NCBI GenBank assembly: GCA_963702845.1
Contig: OY969763.1
Location: 1,376,001-1,440,000 of the forward strand
Source of the DNA: an uncultured Verrucomicrobiae bacterium
GTDB lineage: Bacteria > Verrucomicrobiota > Verrucomicrobiia > Limisphaerales > Palsa-1400
Direction of reading: 5' to 3'
DNA length: 64,000 bases
Position 1 is the stretch's first letter. Each line of letters opens with the position of its first letter. The notes under the pieces are model-generated. The model saw nothing but the letters and a program-made list of their open reading frames with translations, made no database searches and was not told where the DNA came from. The position numbers and the translations under genes are program-made. Below, one piece after another: positions 29,799-39,091 of the stretch.

Positions 29799-31190
29799 TT
29801 AAAATCTTCCCTTGATACGGCCCTTCTTGAGGAAGCCGTCGTAATGGCGCATCAACAGGTGCGATTCCATCTGGCGCATGGTGTCGAGCATGACACCGAC
29901 CATGATCAGCAAACTGGTGCCGCCGAAAAATTGGGACACAGAAATGGGAATGCGCATCAGTTCCTGGAGCAGGATCGGAATGACGGCAATGGCAGTCAGG
30001 AAGATCGCGCCGGCGAGGGTGATGCGGCTCATTGTCTTGTGCAGGAAATCGCTGGTGGCCTGGCCCGGACGAACGCCAGGAATGTAACCGCCGCCTTTTT
30101 TCATATCGTCAGCGATTTGGATTTCGTTGAACTGTGTCGCCACCCAGAAATAGGAGAAGAACAGGATCAACAGACCGTAAAGAGTCAGATAGAGGAACGA
30201 ACCGCGATCCAACTGAAGCCGACATCTGCAAGAGGAACGGCATGTTGAATTTTGTGCCGGCCAAGCGCAATATCATGGAGGGGAACATCAGCAATGCCTG
30301 GGCGAAGATGACTGGCATAACGCCAGCGTAGTTGACGCGCAGCGGCATGAACGAGCTGCCACCGGAATAAATTTTGCGACCAACAGCGCGTTGAGCGTAT
30401 TGGACGGGAATTTTGCGTTGCGCCTGGGTCACGGCGATGGTGCCAGCGATAACCGCGCAGAGCAACAGGACCAACGCGACGGCGTGACCCCAGTTGAAAT
30501 GGATTCGTGTCGGCCGACGCCGCAGGCGGGAAGAACATATCCCAAGCACCTTGGACAGCGGCAGGCAAGCGAGCCAAAATGCCGATGGTGATAATGAGGG
30601 AGATACCATTGCCGATACCGCGTTCGGTGATTTGTTCACCGAGCCACATCAAGAGCATGGTGCCGGTGGCGAGAATGATCGTGGTTTCGATGCGGAAAAT
30701 CCAAAGGTGTGATTGGTGGGCAACGAGATTGCCCGTGAAGCCTTTGAACAATCGAACTAGCGTTTTCCCAACCAAGCGCCATGAACCAGCCCTGGCCGAT
30801 GCACAGGATCAAGGTGCCGACACGGCCGTATTGCACCAACTTCGCGCGTCCGCCTTCTTCTCGAGCAAGCTTTGAGAGCTGCGGAATGACGGCGGTGAGC
30901 AACTGAATGATAATGGTCGCGCTGATGTAAGGCATGATGCCGAGCGAACCAATCGCGCAGCGTTCAAAACCACCACCCGTGAACATGCTGTACATGCCGA
31001 GCAAGCCGTTGTTAGCGGAATTGCCATTCGCCTGGAAGAATTTGACCAAGTCAGCGGCGTTGGTGCCGGGGCAGGGGATCAGCGAGGCAAGGCGGCAAAT
31101 CGCCAGAACGAAGAGCGTGAACAGGATTCGCGACTTCAGCTCCGGAATTTTGAAGCAGTTGCTGAGGGTGTTGATGATTGATTTAAGCAT
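29799..31190 (-). CDS. secY: Preprotein translocase SecY (several frameshifts)
   Basis: [58 protein letters not shown] spread over several frames. Confidence 0.93.
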
Positions 31191-31274
31191 TTAACAAAAG
31201 CTCCATGCTCCATCCCGAATACGATCGGGATAAACTGCCAGCATCAAATTTTGGTTGTTCGATGCGAGTCATTA

Positions 31275-31760
31275 TTACTTTGCCGCAACTTTAGCTGTCG
31301 CTTCGGCTTTGGGTTTCGTGATCAGGTTGCACGTGCCACCTGCTTTTTCGATCGCAGCCTTGGCGGAAGCGCTGAATGCATGAGCGGAAACGGTGAGTTT
31401 TTTTGTCACTTCGCCGGTGCCGAGAATTTTGATCAAGGTGACTGTGCCATTGGCTATACCAGTCTTGCGCAAAACAGCTTCGTCAACAGTCGCGCCGTTA
31501 TCGAATTGATTCAGGCTCTTGAGGTTGACCGGAATATAGCGAGTGGTAAACGCGGTGTTATTAAAGCCACGTTTGGGCATACGGCGAATGAGCGGCATCT
31601 GACCGCCTTCGAAACCGATGCGAATGGAGCTACCGGAACGGGCGGTCTGGCCTTTGCCACCGCGACCGCTGGTTTTACCGTGGCCGCTGGATTCACCCTG
31701 GCCGAGGCGTTTGCGACGATGCTTTGCGCCGGGGCGCGGTGATAAATTATGTAAACGCAT
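31275..31760 (-). CDS. rplO: 50S ribosomal protein L15
   Basis: GKTSGRGGKGQTARSG, GFEGGQMPL. Confidence 0.96.
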   Translation of the reverse strand: MRLHNLSPRPGAKHRRKRLGQGESSGHGKTSGRGGKGQTARSGSSIRIGFEGGQMPLIRRMPKRGFNNTAFTTRYIPVNLKSLNQFDNGATVDEAVLRKTGIANGTVTLIKILGTGEVTKKLTVSAHAFSASAKAAIEKAGGTCNLITKPKAEATAKVAAK

Positions 31761-31802
31761 AACCAAATCTTGTAATCAGTAAATCAGTAAACAGTAATCA
31801 AT

Positions 31803-32534
31803 TTAAGCAGCCGGTGCAGTAGGAGCTTCAGGAGCTTTTGTTTCCACTGCGGGAACTTTCGCTTTCGGCGTCTTAACTTCCAAACCGCGCAAACGATAGA
31901 TGTCTTCGCGCAAGCGCAATTGTTTCAAACCGTGCAAAGTTGCTTTAACGACGTTGGACGGATTGTTCGAACCGAGCGATTTGCTCAGGATGTCTTTAAT
32001 TCCAACGGATTCGAGCACCGCACGGACGGTTTTGCCGGCGATAATGCCAGTTCCAGGTGACGCGGGGCGCAAGAGGATCTTGGCGCCGCCGTAGCGAGCC
32101 AGAATTTCGTGCGGGATGGTCGCGTCTTTGATCGAGACGGGCGTCATGTTGTTCTTAGCCATCTCGCCACCTTTGCGGATGGCTTCGGAAACTTCCATGG
32201 CTTTGCCAAGACCGAGACCGACACGACCGCGCTTGTCACCAGCGACAACGAGGGCGCTGAAGCTAAAGCGGCGACCGCCTTTGACGACCTTGGCCGAGCG
32301 GTTGATGAAGACAACCTTTTCGCTCAGTTCGGAACCGCCACCTTCACCGGAACCGCCTTCGCCGGGTGCGCCAGGGCCACCGGTGCCGGGACGTTGACGA
32401 CGGGGTCCGCGATTGCCGCCAGGGCCACGATTGCCACCGCCGGGTCCACGACCACCACCACCACCAGGTCCACCGCGAAAGCCACCGCCACCGCCGCGAG
32501 GGCCGCCTGTATTTGTATTTGGAGTTTCAGCCAC
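31803..32534 (-). CDS. rpsE: 30S ribosomal protein S5 with a Gly/Arg/Pro N-terminal extension
   Basis: [35 protein letters not shown]. Confidence 0.96.
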   Translation of the reverse strand: MAETPNTNTGGPRGGGGGFRGGPGGGGGRGPGGGNRGPGGNRGPRRQRPGTGGPGAPGEGGSGEGGGSELSEKVVFINRSAKVVKGGRRFSFSALVVAGDKRGRVGLGLGKAMEVSEAIRKGGEMAKNNMTPVSIKDATIPHEILARYGGAKILLRPASPGTGIIAGKTVRAVLESVGIKDILSKSLGSNNPSNVVKATLHGLKQLRLREDIYRLRGLEVKTPKAKVPAVETKAPEAPTAPAA

Positions 32535-32557
32535 AGTTTTTTCTCTCTTGTTACTGG

Positions 32558-32923
32558 TTAAAATTTCAATCCGGCTTCGCGAGCGGCATCAGCCAATGCT
32601 TTGACCTTGCCGTGATAAGGCGCACCGCTGCGGTCGAAGACCACGCTGGTGATACCTTTGCTCTTCGCTGCTTCAGCGGCGAAGGTGCCGATTTTTTTGG
32701 CACTGGTAACGTTCGCGCCGAGCTTATCGCGATCGGGAGCGTTCTTTGCCGTGGTGCAGGCGGAAGCGACCGTCAAACGGCCTTCATCGTCAATGAACTG
32801 CACGTAGATGTGCTCGTTCGTGAAACGAACGGCCATACGAGGGCGGTCTTTTGTGCCGGTAACTTTTTTGCGAATACGCCAGTGGCGCAGTTGCCGTAAT
32901 TTCTGTTTTTTATCAGTTCTCAT
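32558..32923 (-). CDS. rplR: 50S ribosomal protein L18
   Basis: [33 protein letters not shown]. Confidence 0.96.
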   Translation of the reverse strand: MRTDKKQKLRQLRHWRIRKKVTGTKDRPRMAVRFTNEHIYVQFIDDEGRLTVASACTTAKNAPDRDKLGANVTSAKKIGTFAAEAAKSKGITSVVFDRSGAPYHGKVKALADAAREAGLKF

Positions 32924-33012
32924 TTTTTACGAGCCACGGATTTGGCCGTGTGCTGCTAAATTTTATATCAAAAATTGTTTCTAAATGTTGCGGCCAAGAT
33001 GGCCACACCTCA

Positions 33013-33549
33013 TTATTGAACAGTCTTGCCTTCCTTGCGGACGACATGCTCGTCGCTATAACGAACACCTTTGCCTTTGTAAGGTTCCGGCGGGTAGTAG
33101 CTGCGGAGTTCCGCGGCAACCTGGCCGACGAGCTGTTTATTCGGTCCTTCGATCGTCACCTTGGTGTTTTCTTCCACCTTCACCGTGATCTGGTCCGGTA
33201 TGGGATAATTGATCGGGTGCGAATAGCCAAGCACTAGGTTTACAACCTTGCCCTGGACAGCGGCTTTGAAACCGACGCCCTGGATTTCCAGCTTCTTGAC
33301 GAAACCTTCGCTGACGCCCTTGACCATGTTGTTCAAGATGGAGCGGCTGAGGCCGTGCAAAGCTTTGGCTTGGGCATCTTCGCCGTCGCGCGCAACAATA
33401 ATGTTGCCGTTGTCGACTTTGACGGAGGTGCGCTTGGGCAGATCGAAATCGAGCTTGCCTTTCGGACCTTCCACAAAAACTTTCTGGCCTTTGATTTCCA
33501 CCTTAACCTTAGGCGGGACTGCAACAGGCATTTTTCCGATACGTGACAT
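33013..33549 (-). CDS. rplF: 50S ribosomal protein L6
   Basis: MSRIGK, PEPYKGKGVRY. Confidence 0.97.
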   Translation of the reverse strand: MSRIGKMPVAVPPKVKVEIKGQKVFVEGPKGKLDFDLPKRTSVKVDNGNIIVARDGEDAQAKALHGLSRSILNNMVKGVSEGFVKKLEIQGVGFKAAVQGKVVNLVLGYSHPINYPIPDQITVKVEENTKVTIEGPNKQLVGQVAAELRSYYPPEPYKGKGVRYSDEHVVRKEGKTVQ

Positions 33550-33565
33550 AAAATCTTTTCAGTTA

Positions 33566-33593
33566 CAGCGTCGTTACCTCGGCTGTTACAAAA
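33566..33593 (-). repeat. REP-like palindrome, copy 2
   Basis: GTAA-CAGCC-GAGGTAACGA-CGCTG; shares TCGTTACCTCGGC and TACAAAA with copy 1. Confidence 0.55.
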
Positions 33594-33599
33594 TAATGT

Positions 33600-33989
33600 T
33601 TACCAAACTACGCAAAGCATTTCTCCACCGACGTTCTTCTTCTTCGCCTCGGTACCGGTCATGATACCTTGTGAGGTCGAGAGGATGGTCGTGCCGAGAC
33701 CGCCGAGAACGCGAGGTACTTCGGTCGCACCGCTGTAGCGGCGCAGCCCAGGAGTGCTCACGCGCTTGATGCCTTCGATGACAGGAGTGCGGCCGGCATA
33801 CTTCAGCTTGAGCTTGAGCTTCTTGCTGGTCGGCTTACCGTCCACCGCCACCTCGGCGATATAACCTTCGCGCTTCAAAATATGGGCGATGCTCTCTTTG
33901 AGCTTCGAATGCGGCATTTCTGTCTCCGGCAACTGCGCGCGGCTGGCGTTGCGGATGCGCGTCAACATGTCTGAAATAGGATCCATCAT
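33600..33989 (-). CDS. rpsH: 30S ribosomal protein S8
   Basis: DPISDMLTRIRNA, STPGLRRY, VGGEMLC. Confidence 0.96.
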   Translation of the reverse strand: MMDPISDMLTRIRNASRAQLPETEMPHSKLKESIAHILKREGYIAEVAVDGKPTSKKLKLKLKYAGRTPVIEGIKRVSTPGLRRYSGATEVPRVLGGLGTTILSTSQGIMTGTEAKKKNVGGEMLCVVW

Positions 33990-33991
33990 AA

Positions 33992-34261
33992 TTACCAACT
34001 TGCTTTAGTGACACCGGGGACGAGACCTTGCAACGCTGCTTCACGAAAAGTCATACGTGAGCAGCCGAACTTGCGCAGGTAACCGTGGCGGCGACCGGAC
34101 ATGGAACAACGATTGACGACGCGGGACGGACTGGCGTTGCGCGGCAGTTTGCTCAGCGCGGCATAGTCGCCCTTGGCTTTCAATTCGGCGCGAAGCGCGG
34201 CGTATTTCTTAACCGTCGCGGCTTTCTTTTTATTGCGTTCTATCCAAGATGTTTTTGCCAT
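33992..34261 (-). CDS. rpsN: 30S ribosomal protein S14 (89-aa form)
   Basis: [23 protein letters not shown]. Confidence 0.95.
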   Translation of the reverse strand: MAKTSWIERNKKKAATVKKYAALRAELKAKGDYAALSKLPRNASPSRVVNRCSMSGRRHGYLRKFGCSRMTFREAALQGLVPGVTKASW

Positions 34262-34270
34262 AAAAAATTA

Positions 34271-34816
34271 TTATTTTTCAGCGAACGGCATGCCCATCAT
34301 TTTCAACAGGTCGTGCGCTTCTTCGTTGCTCGTGGCGCTCGTTACGATGGTGATGTCCATCCCTTGCGTGCGCTTGATCTTGTCCAATTCGATTTCCGGG
34401 AAAATTGTCTGGTCATTGACGCCGAGCGAGTAATTGCCACGACCGTCGAACGAACGAGGCGAAACGCCACGGAAGTCACGAATACGGGGCAGGGCAGCGG
34501 CGACGAGGCGATCGAAAAATTCGTACATGACCTCTTTGCGCAGGGTGACATGGCAACCGATGGCCTGGCCTTCGCGCAATTTGAAGCTGGCGATGCTGTG
34601 GCGGGACTTGGCGATCACGGGCTTGCGGCCGGTGATGGCAGTCATGTCGCGCGCGGCGTCGTCGATTGCACCTTTTTCCAACGAGGCGCTCACGCCCATG
34701 TGGATCACGATTTTTTGGATCTTCGGGATCTGATGGACGTTCGTGTACTTCCGCTTCTCTTTAAGAGCGGGAGCAACTTCCTTCTGGTACTTTTCGTATA
34801 ATCTGGCTGTATTCAT
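34271..34816 (-). CDS. rplE: 50S ribosomal protein L5
   Basis: LPRIRDFRG..SFDGRGNYSLG, IFPEI. Confidence 0.97.
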   Translation of the reverse strand: MNTARLYEKYQKEVAPALKEKRKYTNVHQIPKIQKIVIHMGVSASLEKGAIDDAARDMTAITGRKPVIAKSRHSIASFKLREGQAIGCHVTLRKEVMYEFFDRLVAAALPRIRDFRGVSPRSFDGRGNYSLGVNDQTIFPEIELDKIKRTQGMDITIVTSATSNEEAHDLLKMMGMPFAEK

Positions 34817-34856
34817 TCGCTTATTTCCGGATTTTGCCGGAGCGTTTTGTTAAAAT

Positions 34857-35123
34857 TTATTCTTTGTTAGCTTCAGCCTTACCGTGCTTGGCGTCGTGTT
34901 TGGAAGCGAGCACCACATTCGAGATGTGGATCGCAGCTTCACGCTCGATGATTGCGCCTTGCGGGTTGTTCTGATTCTTGCGCGTATGGCGTTTGACGAT
35001 TTTTACGCCTTCGACCAACACGCGGTCTTTTTTGGTGATGATTTCAAGGACTTTGCCGCGCTTGCCCAGTTCAGAACCGGCAATAACGACCACCTCATCA
35101 CCCTTTTTCACATGAAATGCCAT
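34857..35123 (-). CDS. rplX: 50S ribosomal protein L24
   Basis: [22 protein letters not shown]. Confidence 0.95.
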   Translation of the reverse strand: MAFHVKKGDEVVVIAGSELGKRGKVLEIITKKDRVLVEGVKIVKRHTRKNQNNPQGAIIEREAAIHISNVVLASKHDAKHGKAEANKE

Positions 35124-35125
35124 AA

Positions 35126-35492
35126 TTAAATAACCTCCGGCGCGAGCGAAATGATCTTCATGAACTTCATATCGCGCAGTTCGCGGGCGACCGGTCCGAA
35201 GATGCGGGTGCCGCGGGGATTCTTTTCCTTGTCGATGATAACAATCGCGTTGTTGTCGAAGCGCAGATACGAACCATCGGAACGGCGAATCTGCTTCCTC
35301 GTGCGCACGATAACTGCGTCAACGACATCGCCTTTTTTGACGGTGCCATCGGGAGCTGGCCTCTTTGATGTGCGCCTTGATGATGTCGCCGATGCCCGCA
35401 TATTTCTGGTTACGGCCAATGACGCCAATGGCCCAGGCGAGCTTCGCGCCGGTGTTATCGGCCACGTCTAAATTGGAACGAATTTGCAACAT
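35126..35492 (-). CDS. rplN: 50S ribosomal protein L14 (frameshifted)
   Basis: [17 protein letters not shown]..., then [29 protein letters not shown]. Confidence 0.94.
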
Positions 35493-35498
35493 AAAATC

Positions 35499-35834
35499 TT
35501 AAGCGTTAACTGGCGAAATCTGCTTGGCCTTTTCCAGGACCTGGGTTAAGCGCCAGCGCTTCAACTTCGAGAGCGGGCGGGTTTCGCGGATCAACACCAC
35601 GTCGCCAACCTGGGCTTCACGTTTTTCGTCGTGGGCGTAGAACTTTGAAAAAGCTTTGACGACTTTCTTGAATTTCGGATGCGCAAAACGGCGTTCAACA
35701 CTGACAACGATGGTCTTGTCCATTTTATTGGAAATGACCTTGCCGAGACGTTCCTTACGATGGCCGCGGTCTTCTGCGGTATCGAGTTGCGCTGCAGCCG
35801 TGCTGCCTACGTTTCCTTTTATTTCTTCGGGCAT
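35499..35834 (-). CDS. rpsQ: 30S ribosomal protein S17
   Basis: KMDKTIVV, AHDE, ETRPLSKLKRW. Confidence 0.96.
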   Translation of the reverse strand: MPEEIKGNVGSTAAAQLDTAEDRGHRKERLGKVISNKMDKTIVVSVERRFAHPKFKKVVKAFSKFYAHDEKREAQVGDVVLIRETRPLSKLKRWRLTQVLEKAKQISPVNA

Positions 35835-35844
35835 AGTTCCTCAG

Positions 35845-36054
35845 TTATTTCGTCTTTGCAGCGGCGGTTTTGCGCAGTTGAGTAGCGCGGGTTTCAAGGC
35901 GCGCGATATCGCGGCGCAAGTCGCGCAAACGGGCCGGCTTCTCGAGCTGGCTGCTGGCCTGTTGAAGGCGCAGATTAAATCGCTCCTGGCGAAGGTCGCG
36001 ACTTTTAGCGGTCAGCTCTTGCAATGTTAAATCTTTAATTTCGGTCATCTTCAT
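35845..36054 (-). CDS. rpmC: 50S ribosomal protein L29
   Basis: FNLRLQ..QLEKPARL..LRRDIARLET; position in operon. Confidence 0.94.
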   Translation of the reverse strand: MKMTEIKDLTLQELTAKSRDLRQERFNLRLQQASSQLEKPARLRDLRRDIARLETRATQLRKTAAAKTK

Positions 36055-36057
36055 ACC

Positions 36058-36477
36058 TTAGAGATCAGCGTGACGTGAAATGAATTTCGTCTTGATCGGG
36101 AGCTTGGTCGCGGCCAAACGCATGGATTCACGCGCGATCGCTTCCGGCACACCGTCCACTTCGAACAACACGTTCGCGGGACGGATGACAGCCACCCAGG
36201 ATTCAAGAGGGCCTTTGCCCTTACCCATACGGGTTTCCAACGGTTTCTTGGTAAAAGATTTTTGCGGGAAGATGCGGATCCAAACTTTGCCACGGCGCTT
36301 CATGTAGCGGGTGACAGCGACACGGGCGGCTTCGATTTGCTTGGTGTCGAGCCAGCAGCGTTCAAGGGCTTGCAGGCCGTATTCACCGAAAGCAACGGTG
36401 CCGCCGCGAATGGCGATGCCGGTCCGGCTGCCGCGGTGCATCTTGCGATATTTAACTCTGGCTGGTTGAAGTGGCAT
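36058..36477 (-). CDS. rplP: 50S ribosomal protein L16
   Basis: [21 protein letters not shown]. Confidence 0.97.
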   Translation of the reverse strand: MPLQPARVKYRKMHRGSRTGIAIRGGTVAFGEYGLQALERCWLDTKQIEAARVAVTRYMKRRGKVWIRIFPQKSFTKKPLETRMGKGKGPLESWVAVIRPANVLFEVDGVPEAIARESMRLAATKLPIKTKFISRHADL

Positions 36478-36495
36478 GGGTCAAAAATGTTAAAT

Positions 36496-37200
36496 TTATT
36501 GTGCAGCAACAGGCGCTGGGGCAGGGGCAGGAGCCGCTACCGGGGCCGTCATTGCTTCTTTTGGTTTCTGGTCAGGCTTGAACTCGCCTTTGCAAATCCA
36601 GCACTTGATGCCGAGTTTGCCATACATCGTGTGCGCTTCGGCAAAGCCGTAATCGATGTTCGCGCGCAAGGTGTGCAGCGGAACGCGGCCTTCATGATAT
36701 TTTTCGACACGCGCGATTTCAGCGCCGCCGAGACGGCCGCCGACGCGGATCTTGATGCCTTCAGCGCCGAAATCCATGGCGACTTGAACGGACTTTTTCA
36801 TGGCGCGACGGAAGGAAACACGGCGTTCCAATTGGAGCGCGACGTTTTCAGCAACGAGCTGAGCATCGATCTCAGGCTGCTTGATTTCCATGATGTCGAC
36901 GTAAACTTCTTTGCCGGTCATCTTGCTGAGATCTTCCTTGATCTTGTCGATTTCAGCGCCTTTGCGGCCGATGACGACACCCGGACGGGCAGTGTGAATG
37001 GTGATGCGGCAGCGCGAGGCAGCGCGTTCGATGCCGATGCGCGCAACGGAAGCGCCTTCGAGTTTGCTTTTGAGAATTTCGCGAATCTTGCGGTCTTCTG
37101 CGAGGAGCTTGCCGAATTCTTTCTTTTCAGCAAACCACTTCGAGCCCCAGTCTTTAGTGACGGCGATTCGTAAACCTACTGGATTAGTTTTCTGGCCCAT
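36496..37200 (-). CDS. rpsC: 30S ribosomal protein S3
   Basis: [43 protein letters not shown]. Confidence 0.97.
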   Translation of the reverse strand: MGQKTNPVGLRIAVTKDWGSKWFAEKKEFGKLLAEDRKIREILKSKLEGASVARIGIERAASRCRITIHTARPGVVIGRKGAEIDKIKEDLSKMTGKEVYVDIMEIKQPEIDAQLVAENVALQLERRVSFRRAMKKSVQVAMDFGAEGIKIRVGGRLGGAEIARVEKYHEGRVPLHTLRANIDYGFAEAHTMYGKLGIKCWICKGEFKPDQKPKEAMTAPVAAPAPAPAPVAAQ

Positions 37201-37202
37201 AA

Positions 37203-37556
37203 TTATTCGTCGGACAAAATGATTTTAACGTGGCAGTTGCGTTTAATGATCGGACCAGCGGAACCGCGGGCCTTGGGGGTAAAACGTTTCATGCTGGTCG
37301 CGGTGCCGGCAACGGCTTCTTTGACGCGCAGACGATCGGTCTTGAAATCGGCGTAATCCTTGTGGTTCGCCTTCAAGTCTTCGGCATTGGCCACGGCGGA
37401 ATGGAGCGTCTTGGCGACGATGCGCGCACCTTTGCGGGGCACCACGGCCAGGACTGCCTCCGCTTTGGAGGCGGGCAAACCGCGAATCTGACGCACGACT
37501 TCGCGCATTTTCTGCGCGGACATGCGAACGTTTTTTGTAATAGCCTGAACTTGCAT
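37203..37556 (-). CDS. rplV: 50S ribosomal protein L22
   Basis: VRMSAQK, SAVANAE, PKARGSA. Confidence 0.94.
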   Translation of the reverse strand: MQVQAITKNVRMSAQKMREVVRQIRGLPASKAEAVLAVVPRKGARIVAKTLHSAVANAEDLKANHKDYADFKTDRLRVKEAVAGTATSMKRFTPKARGSAGPIIKRNCHVKIILSDE

Positions 37557-37558
37557 AA

Positions 37559-37840
37559 CTATTTCGCTTCGGCTTTGGCGGTGTGTGCGCCGTGTTTCTT
37601 AAAGGTTCGGGTCAAGGAAAACTCACCCAGGCGGTGGCCAACCATGTTTTCAGTGACGAACACCGGGTTAAAGACTTTGCCGTTATGCACGTTGAAGGTC
37701 AGCCCCACGAAATCGGGGGTGATCATCGAACGGCGCGACCAGGTCTTGATCGGGGACTTCGATTTGGCAGCCTTTGCCTTGTCGATCTTATCCTGCAAAT
37801 GTTGGTCAATGAATGGACCTTTTTTAATTGAGCGTCCCAT
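37559..37840 (-). CDS. rpsS: 30S ribosomal protein S19
   Basis: [30 protein letters not shown]. Confidence 0.97.
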   Translation of the reverse strand: MGRSIKKGPFIDQHLQDKIDKAKAAKSKSPIKTWSRRSMITPDFVGLTFNVHNGKVFNPVFVTENMVGHRLGEFSLTRTFKKHGAHTAKAEAK

Positions 37841-37843
37841 AAA

Positions 37844-38698
37844 TTACTTTCTCTTCATTGGGCGACCATCACGGCGCACCAAAATAAAACGGTTAGAATA
37901 CTTGCGCTTGTTGCGAGTGCGATAGCCCTTCGCCAGCAAGCCCCAAGGTGAAGTCAATTGTTGCCAACCGCCACCTGATTTTGATTTACCTGCACCACCG
38001 CCGTTCGGGTGATCGACAGGGTTACGAGCAACACCACGGGTAATACCGCGAATGCCGCGATGACGGGAACGGCCCGCTTTACCAAGCGTGACGTTTTCGT
38101 GTTCGAGATTTCCAACCTGGCCAACCGTCGCATAGCAGCTTTCGTGAATGCGGCGAACTTCGCCTGAAGGAAGGCGAACCGTGGCATAACCTGCATCACG
38201 CGACATCAAAGTCGCTGCGCCACCGGCTGTGCGAACCATTTGAGCGCCACGGCCAGGGGTGATTTCGATGGCATGAATCGGGATACCGACAGGGATGTTC
38301 TTGAGAGGCAAGGCATTGCCGGTTTCAGGAGCCGCCGTAGGACCGCTCATCAGCTTTGTTCCGACGGTCAGACCGTTGGGAGCGATGATGTAGGTTTTTT
38401 CGCCGTCCTTATATTGAAGGAGAGCTAGGCGAGCGGTGCGAATCGGATCGTATTCGATTGCGAGAACATCAGCTTCAACACCATGTTTTTGGCGTTTGAA
38501 ATCGACGAGACGATAAAATTGTTTGTGTCCGCCGCCGATGCCGCGCGCAGTAACACGACCGTAAGCATTACGTCCGCCTGATTTTTTGCGGATTTCGATC
38601 AGGCTACGTTCTGGCCGATCCTTAGTGACCTCGTCAAACGACGCGACGGTAATATAGCGCGTCGAGGGCGTTAACGGTCTAAACGTTTTAACTGGCAT
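37844..38698 (-). CDS. rplB: 50S ribosomal protein L2
   Basis: IEYDPIRTA, RLPSGE, GKAGRSR, NPVDHPNGGG; ATG at 38698. Confidence 0.97.
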   Translation of the reverse strand: MPVKTFRPLTPSTRYITVASFDEVTKDRPERSLIEIRKKSGGRNAYGRVTARGIGGGHKQFYRLVDFKRQKHGVEADVLAIEYDPIRTARLALLQYKDGEKTYIIAPNGLTVGTKLMSGPTAAPETGNALPLKNIPVGIPIHAIEITPGRGAQMVRTAGGAATLMSRDAGYATVRLPSGEVRRIHESCYATVGQVGNLEHENVTLGKAGRSRHRGIRGITRGVARNPVDHPNGGGAGKSKSGGGWQQLTSPWGLLAKGYRTRNKRKYSNRFILVRRDGRPMKRK

Positions 38699-38892
38699 AA
38701 AAATCAAAAAATACAAGTACAACCCACACGGGCTGCACAAATTACGCTTTTCAGCTTTTTAGCGCTTTAGCGGCTTCGGCCATTACTCCTGCGCCCAGAG
38801 GGGCGATCAGTTATCGGTCAAGCCAAGTGCTCTTACCTACCCTTCTATAGGGCGAGGAGCGCAGAACATACCAGAGGCAAGTAGGCGCGCAA
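38699..38892 (-). promoter_or_regulatory. Candidate promoter and structured 5' leader of the rplB operon
   Basis: TTGCGC-16 nt-TATGTT with an extended-10 TG (38865-38892); several hairpins; the last (38717-38738) is followed by a U-rich tract. Confidence 0.55.
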
Positions 38893-39091
38893 GGGTTTTT
38901 TGAAACTTTTTTTGTCTTAGTTGCCTGAGGAGTAGAAACCTCGCGATAAACTGTCATTCAGCCTTCGCTTCTTGATTCGCCCTTTTTGTATATGCGCACT
39001 ACGGTATTCACCTGTCGCAGAATCAAGGCAGCCGATCTGGAGAACTGCAAAGTTGTTGCCGTAACAGCTTTCTATTTTACAATCCACCGAT

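Noticed and set aside
28695..35492. Programmed frameshifting or pseudogenes in infA, map, secY and rplN
   Set aside because: Several indels per gene in essential genes with no shared slippery motif; sequence error is the simpler explanation.
25150..38428. Long plus-strand ORFs opposite ribosomal genes (e.g. 27442-28467, 36262-37173)
   Set aside because: Antisense open frames caused by codon bias; no recognisable motifs.
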